Assembly (NCBI GenBank): GCA_963745235.1 | Contig: CAVUXE010000061.1 | Span: forward strand, 1-13,990 | Origin: an uncultured Spirochaetota bacterium | GTDB lineage: Bacteria > Spirochaetota > Spirochaetia > SZUA-6 > Fen-1364 | DNA: 13,990 nt | Reading direction: 5' to 3' | In this document: in pieces, positions 9,323-13,990 of the stretch | How the letters are laid out: every line of letters begins with the position of its first letter | Numbering within the stretch: the first letter of the stretch is position 1 | Translations under genes and position numbers: made by a program | The notes under the pieces: model-generated | Database searches by the model: none | Told to the model about the DNA's origin: nothing | Seen by the model: only the letters and a program-made list of their open reading frames with translations

Positions 9323-11020
9323 GTGATCATCCACGGGGCCGGAGTTTTCAACGCCTTCAGAAGGAGATTCGAGGACTGGGACGTCCGCGTGCGCGACGGG
9401 ATCTTCGTCGAGGTGGCTGCCGGGCTCGAACCCCTGCACGGCGAGGAACGGTTGGATGTCGACGGGGCCTGGCTCGTTCCTGGCCTTGTCGATGTCCACA
9501 TGCACATCGAAAGCTCCATGACGGTGCCCGCGGAGTTTTCCCGAATGGTTCTTCCCCGGGGAACCACGACCATCGTAGCTGATCCACACGAAATCGCGAA
9601 TGTCCTGGGCGTCGACGGCATACGGGCGTTCATTGCAAGCACGACGCCACTGGATATCTTCTTCGCCATCCCTTCCTCCGTCCCTTCGACGAACGAGCGG
9701 TTGGAGACGACAGGCGGCAGCATTGGTCCGGCTGAGCTTGCTCTCCTTGCCGCCGACAAACGGGTGATCTGCCTCGGTGAGGTTATGAACGCCGTGGACC
9801 TGCGCTCGCAGGGGGATACTGCGATAAAACGTCTGGTTCGAACATTCAGGGATCTGAGGCCGCTCTCTCCCATCGAGGGCCACTGTCCGAAGCTGAGCGG
9901 CGCGCAACTGTCGTCATTCATCGCTTCGGGGGTATGGTCGGACCATACGCAACAGACGCCGGACTCCATTCTCGAAAAGATCGACAGGGGCATGTTCATC
10001 GAGCTTCAACGAAAGTCGATCACGCGAGCGACCGTCGAGACGGTGGTCCGAAACGGACTGTACGAGCACGTGAGCCTCGTCACCGACGATGTGATGCCGG
10101 ACGAGCTCCTGTCCGGTCATCTCAACCTCCTTGTCACTCTTGCGATAGAGCAGGGCATGAAGCCGGAGGACGCGATTTACTGCGCCACCTATACTCCTGC
10201 CCGTCACATGCTGCTCCGTGACAGAGGCTCCATAGCGCCGGGGCGCATTGCCGACTTCATCGTCCTGGAGGATCTGAAGACATTCAAAATCCGATCTGTG
10301 TACAAGAAGGGCGCATGGGTGCGGCCGCAGGAGGCGCCTGCGGGCGGCGCAAGGAGAAGGTCCTTCCCTGAATCTTTCTATTCCACGGTCCGTCGGCGCA
10401 CGCTCGCCGAGGCAGCTTTCGAGCTCCGAGTTCCCTCTGCCGCTGGAGAAATGGACTGCACCACCATCCGTATCGATCCGAAATCGAACTTCACTACCCG
10501 AGGACGGGTTCGCTGCCCGATCTCGAACGGTCGTCTGGATTGGAAGTCCGCAGGGCTTTCCCTGATCGCGGCCGTCGAGCGCTATGGGCACGAATCGCCC
10601 ATTCGGTTCGGTTTTGTAGAGAATGCGCTGAAGAAAGAAGGCGCCGTTGCAACCACATGGGCGCACGATCACCACAACCTTCTGGTCATGGGGAGATCCG
10701 AACGGGACATGGCCGTTGCCGCGGACGCTCTGATCGAACAGCAGGGCGGGTATGTCGTGGTTCGAGGCGGAGACGTGGTGGCGAACACGGCCTTGCCCGT
10801 GGGGGGCATCGTGAGCGAGGCGCCCTTCGAAGAACTGGCGGCGTGTATACGCGAGGTGCGTTTGCAGATGCGCGCGCTGGGCTACGAGCACGTCAACGAA
10901 ATCATGTCCTTCAGCACGCTTTCGCTCCTCGTTTCGCCGGGCATCAAGATCAGCGACAAGGGCCTGGTGGACGTGACGGGCCAGACCATCGTGGAGCCCT
11001 ATGAGCTTCCTCATCGATGA
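9323..11020 (+). CDS. ade: Adenine deaminase family amidohydrolase (variant)
   Basis: GTG 9323 with GGAG RBS. PGLVDVHMHIESS, ADPHEIANV, LGEVMN, EGHCP, TDD, GSIAPGRIADF, AHDHHNL and LPVGGIVS; 565 aa. The usual DHE motif reads DHT here. Confidence 0.85.
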   Translation: MIIHGAGVFNAFRRRFEDWDVRVRDGIFVEVAAGLEPLHGEERLDVDGAWLVPGLVDVHMHIESSMTVPAEFSRMVLPRGTTTIVADPHEIANVLGVDGIRAFIASTTPLDIFFAIPSSVPSTNERLETTGGSIGPAELALLAADKRVICLGEVMNAVDLRSQGDTAIKRLVRTFRDLRPLSPIEGHCPKLSGAQLSSFIASGVWSDHTQQTPDSILEKIDRGMFIELQRKSITRATVETVVRNGLYEHVSLVTDDVMPDELLSGHLNLLVTLAIEQGMKPEDAIYCATYTPARHMLLRDRGSIAPGRIADFIVLEDLKTFKIRSVYKKGAWVRPQEAPAGGARRRSFPESFYSTVRRRTLAEAAFELRVPSAAGEMDCTTIRIDPKSNFTTRGRVRCPISNGRLDWKSAGLSLIAAVERYGHESPIRFGFVENALKKEGAVATTWAHDHHNLLVMGRSERDMAVAADALIEQQGGYVVVRGGDVVANTALPVGGIVSEAPFEELAACIREVRLQMRALGYEHVNEIMSFSTLSLLVSPGIKISDKGLVDVTGQTIVEPYELPHR

Positions 11021-12319
11021 TGTCCGCGTCCTGACCATGAACGCTGCCATGGACAGCTTCGAACACGGCTGCGTGGCAGTGGAGGGGAAGACCATCGTCG
11101 CGGTCGGGGACAGGAGCTCGGCAGTCGATATCCGGGGTTCGAAAGGATCGATGGGGACGGGGGAATCCTCATCCCCGGCCTCATCAATGCGCACACCCAC
11201 AGCGGCATGATTCCTTTTCGTTCGCTCGGCGACGACTGCGTGGATCGACTTCGCCGGCTCATTTTTCCTCTCGAGGCCTCGATGACGGCTTCCCTTGCCC
11301 GCGCAAGCGCGCGCTATGCCTGCTGCGAGATGCTCCTTGCGGGCGTCACCACCTTCCTCGACATGTACTACTTCGAGGACGACATAGCCCGGGCGGTGAA
11401 GGAAACGGGGATGCGGGCATTTCTCGGTGAGACGGTGATCGGATCCCCAAGCTGCGACGCGCCGGAGCCTCACGGGGGGCTCACGCGCGCCAGGCGGTTC
11501 ATTCCGGACTGGCTCAATGACGAGCTCATCACGCCCATGGTTGCGCCGCACGCAACGAACACGAACAGCCCTGGGGCCATCGTCGAGTCTCGCCGGCTCG
11601 CTGATCGCCACGGCGTTCCCCTGATGATGCATGTGAGCGAGATGGACTACGAGGTTTCCCATTTCCGCGACACCTACGGCATGACGCCAATCGGTTTCCT
11701 CGACTCTCTGGGTGTGCTCGGAGAGCGGTTCATAGCAGCGCACTGCGTTCTGGTCGACGATGACGACATCGATACCCTCGCGCGTCGCCGCGTGACGGTT
11801 GCGCACTGCATCGGCGCGAATACAAAGAGCGCCAAGGGCGTTGCTCCGGTAAGAAAAATGCTGGAACGGGGTGTGCGCGTGGCACTGGGGACCGACGGCC
11901 CTTCCAGCGGCAACACCCTGGATATGTTCACGCAGTTCGATCTGTTCGCGAAGTTCCACAAGACTGCGAACAGGGACAGATCTGCCTTTCCCGCGAAGGA
12001 GATCGTCAGGCTGGCGACGTGCGACGCCGCAGCAGCCTTGCGAATCGGAGACAAGGTCGGATCCATCGAAGTGGGCAAGAGGGCCGACCTGACGCTCGTC
12101 GAGAGCCGGTCCGCCAACATGTTTCCGATCCACGATCCTTATTCCGTTCTCGTCTACAGCGCCAAGGCTTCCAACGTGGACAGCGTCTTCGTGGACGGCC
12201 GGCCCCTGGTCCGCCGCAAGGCCCTCACGGCTCTCTCCCTTGATGATTCACGGACGGAGCTGCAGGAGAAGATGGCGGACTTCCGTGCGGCCGCGCAGGC
12301 CCTGGCGAGCACTCTTTAG
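11001..12319 (+). CDS. Amidohydrolase of the MTA/SAH deaminase (AtzA/TrzA-like) family; frameshifted near 11106-11109
   Basis: The N-terminal beta region MSFLIDDVRVLTM..GCVAVEGKTIVAVG is in frame 11001. IDGDGGILIPGLINAHTH is in the frame of ORF 11207, upstream of its ATG. Later motifs: APHA, MHVSE, AAHCV, GTDGPSSGN, GSIEVGKRADL, VDSVFVDG. Adding one G to GGGG joins the frames. Confidence 0.85.
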
Positions 12320-12346
12320 CGTCATTCCAGGCCGGTCTTACCAACC

Positions 12347-12394
12347 CCTTCGAGTTCTCCGATTGAAGACCCACCTCGAAGGTCGTCTTTCTTT
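12347..12394 (+). terminator. Possible intrinsic terminator after the deaminase operon
   Basis: Imperfect hairpin AAGAC..ACC-TCGAA-GGT.GTCTT followed by TCTTT; overlapping alternative inverted repeat CCTTCGAG/CTCGAAGG. Confidence 0.35.
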
Positions 12395-12428
12395 GTGGAT
12401 TCCGAGCACAGAGGGCTTGACCTGCCCG

Positions 12429-12457
12429 TTGCGCGATTCGCGTTTCGTGATTAGGAT
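12429..12457 (+). promoter_or_regulatory. Putative sigma70 promoter of the MNT-HEPN pair
   Basis: TTGCGC (12429-12434), 17 nt spacer, TAGGAT (12452-12457); GGAGG RBS before GTG 12478. Confidence 0.45.
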
Positions 12458-12477
12458 TAATAAGTCGGAGGGTCACA

Positions 12478-12786
12478 GTGGTTGAGGTATTGCAGAGGAG
12501 CCATGACGCAATTGTCGCCGCCTGCGCGCGCCACCGTGTGGCCAGGTTGGAAGCCTTCGGCTCGGCACTTCGCCAGGACTTCAAGCCTGGAGAAAGTGAC
12601 CTTGACCTCCTGGTTGACTTTAGGCCGATGGAACCTTACGCGCGCGTCGAAGCCTATTTCGGACTCTTGGAAGAACTGCGGTCCTTGTTGCAGGGGAACA
12701 TCGATCTTGTAATGGTCGGCGCAGTCAAGAACCCCTACCTCGCCCGCGATATAGAGCGTACAAAGCAGCTGCTCTATGCCGCGTGA
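12478..12786 (+). CDS. mntA: Minimal nucleotidyltransferase (MNT) antitoxin
   Basis: LEAFGSALRQDF...SDLDLLVDF (GS-x-DxD motif), IDLV, C-terminal LLYAA; 102 aa. Confidence 0.9.
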   Translation: MVEVLQRSHDAIVAACARHRVARLEAFGSALRQDFKPGESDLDLLVDFRPMEPYARVEAYFGLLEELRSLLQGNIDLVMVGAVKNPYLARDIERTKQLLYAA

Positions 12787-13135
12787 CCAGCGCGCCTACC
12801 TGGCGGACGTCATCGATTCCTGCGAAGCCATCGAGCTTGCTGTAGCGGGTCTCGATCTATCGGCCTACACGGCGTCTCGGCTGGTTCGATCTTCTGTGGA
12901 GCGGGAGTTTATCATAATAGGCGAGGCCATTGCGGCACTTGCGCGAACGGCGCCATCGACCTTCGAGGCCATCACGAACGCTCGAAGGATTATCGATTTC
13001 CGGAATCAGCTCACACATGAATATCCCACCGTCGACGATGCTCTTGTCTGGGCGATCGTCGAAAAGGACGTGCCGTTGTTGAAACGGGAATGCTCGTTGC
13101 TGCTGAAGAAGGCAGGAGCCGAGGAGATTGAATAA
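12776..13135 (+). CDS. hepT: HEPN (DUF86/HepT-like) ribonuclease toxin
   Basis: VEREFIIIGEA and the R-x4-H-x-Y motif RNQLTHEY, then VD...VW. Overlaps the MNT gene. Confidence 0.9.
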   Translation: MPRDQRAYLADVIDSCEAIELAVAGLDLSAYTASRLVRSSVEREFIIIGEAIAALARTAPSTFEAITNARRIIDFRNQLTHEYPTVDDALVWAIVEKDVPLLKRECSLLLKKAGAEEIE

Positions 13136-13308
13136 GCGTTTCCGTTGCGCTTTGTTTCTCAAGAGCCGGGAGCAGCACCGCTGGCATGGAACCCGTGCCC
13201 CATCAGGGTTTCCATTGGCCATGAAAAAAGGCCGTGGCAGCCCTGATCGGGTATCGGTAGCTTGATGCCGAGCGAGTCACGAATTGGAATACATGCCAAG
13301 CTTGCGAG

Positions 13309-13332
13309 TCTGTTACATTATCTGTGACATTA
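13309..13332 (+). repeat. Tandem 12-bp direct repeat, candidate integrase arm-type sites
   Basis: TCTGTTACATTA (13309-13320) and TCTGTGACATTA (13321-13332), 11/12 identical, about 140 bp upstream of the tRNA-Leu core. Confidence 0.6.
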
Positions 13333-13470
13333 TTCTTTTCGCAGTCACTGCAAATCGTTGCAAGTCCTTGCACGTCCACTTGACGGATTTCTTTGCTACC
13401 GAGATAGTTGCTGCAAATAGATGCGTTCTGCTGCAAGCCCTTGCAAGCTCTGAAAATGGCTACTGCCAGT

Positions 13471-13522
13471 TTGAGGGGCTAGTGCCCGAAAGGGTGTGCT
13501 GGTTCAAGTCCAGTCCGCAGCA
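13471..13522 (+). pseudogene. tRNA-Leu(GAG) 3' half (att core), not an intact tRNA
   Basis: Anticodon loop TTGAGGG (13471-13477), 3' stem GCTAG, long variable arm GCCC-GAAA-GGGT, T arm GCTGG-TTCAAGT-CCAGT, acceptor 3' strand CCGCAGC + A. There is no GCTGCGG 5' strand or D arm at the expected place upstream. The 5' stem CCAGT pairs imperfectly. Confidence 0.88.
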
Positions 13523-13990
13523 AAGATAAGCCCTTGACTTGAAATGAATTAACGAAGAGCCTCCGAACAGGTCCATCGAGCTGAGATACCAACTGTTGCA
13601 TTGTTTCGCCGGGGGACCTTTTCCAGCGATTCGCTCTCATCCCTGCAACCAAGTACAAGCATTTGCAAGTCGTCTTGAGCTCCGCTGGTCTCGGGCACTA
13701 GTGGCTCATGAGAAAGCGAGAGACCGCATAGAAGGCGATTCGCGTATCCCGTTTCAGCGGTCCTGGCGATTGACTGGGCCACGATGTCACTGTTTCCCCT
13801 CATCTATTGCAAAAAGCGTATCAGCAAATGCCGCCCGTGGAACGGGCGTTCAGCTCGACATTGAGAGGGCCAAAGAGCTGTCTCTTGCTGTCTCCATCGA
13901 AGAGAGAAAGACGTGCCCGGTCGACATCGGTCACCTCAATGAGCCGGGTGGCTTCATCAACGAACTCGGGATTCATTTCGTTGTTGCAGC

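Noticed and set aside
7071-12133. Long antisense ORFs (7071..8105, 7894..9999, 9914..12133) and alternate-frame ORFs
   Set aside because: Shadows of GC-rich genes with clear family motifs on the plus strand; they have no motifs of their own.
13436-13522. Intact tRNA-Leu gene
   Set aside because: The upstream sequence cannot form the acceptor stem or D arm; 3' half only.
13549-13990. Minus-strand coding sequence at the right edge (open frame ...NNEMNPEFVDEATRLIEV... and ORF 13549..13803)
   Set aside because: May be the end of a truncated or degraded gene, but it has no recognisable motif and the frames are discontinuous.

Overview
This window looks like the cargo region of a genomic island; no integrase is visible. 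It holds, left to right: a phage-type hypothetical protein on the minus strand; a tRNA-Arg(CCT) 3' half embedded in arm-like repeats (att-like site); a BrnT/BrnA toxin-antitoxin pair; an AEP primase-like + SF2 helicase fusion (TOTE-type, split by a 1-nt frameshift); a CcbP-like small gene; a diverged copy of the same att flanks with the tRNA core missing; a six-gene operon (PotABCD-like ABC importer, a variant adenine deaminase, and a frameshifted MTA/SAH-deaminase-like amidohydrolase); an MNT/HEPN toxin-antitoxin pair; and a tRNA-Leu(GAG) 3' half with arm-like repeats (second att-like site). The most unusual signal is non-coding: two att-like cores from different tRNAs plus a core-less relative, sharing motifs and dividing the cargo into modules. 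All family calls come from motifs read by eye; no database searches were run.
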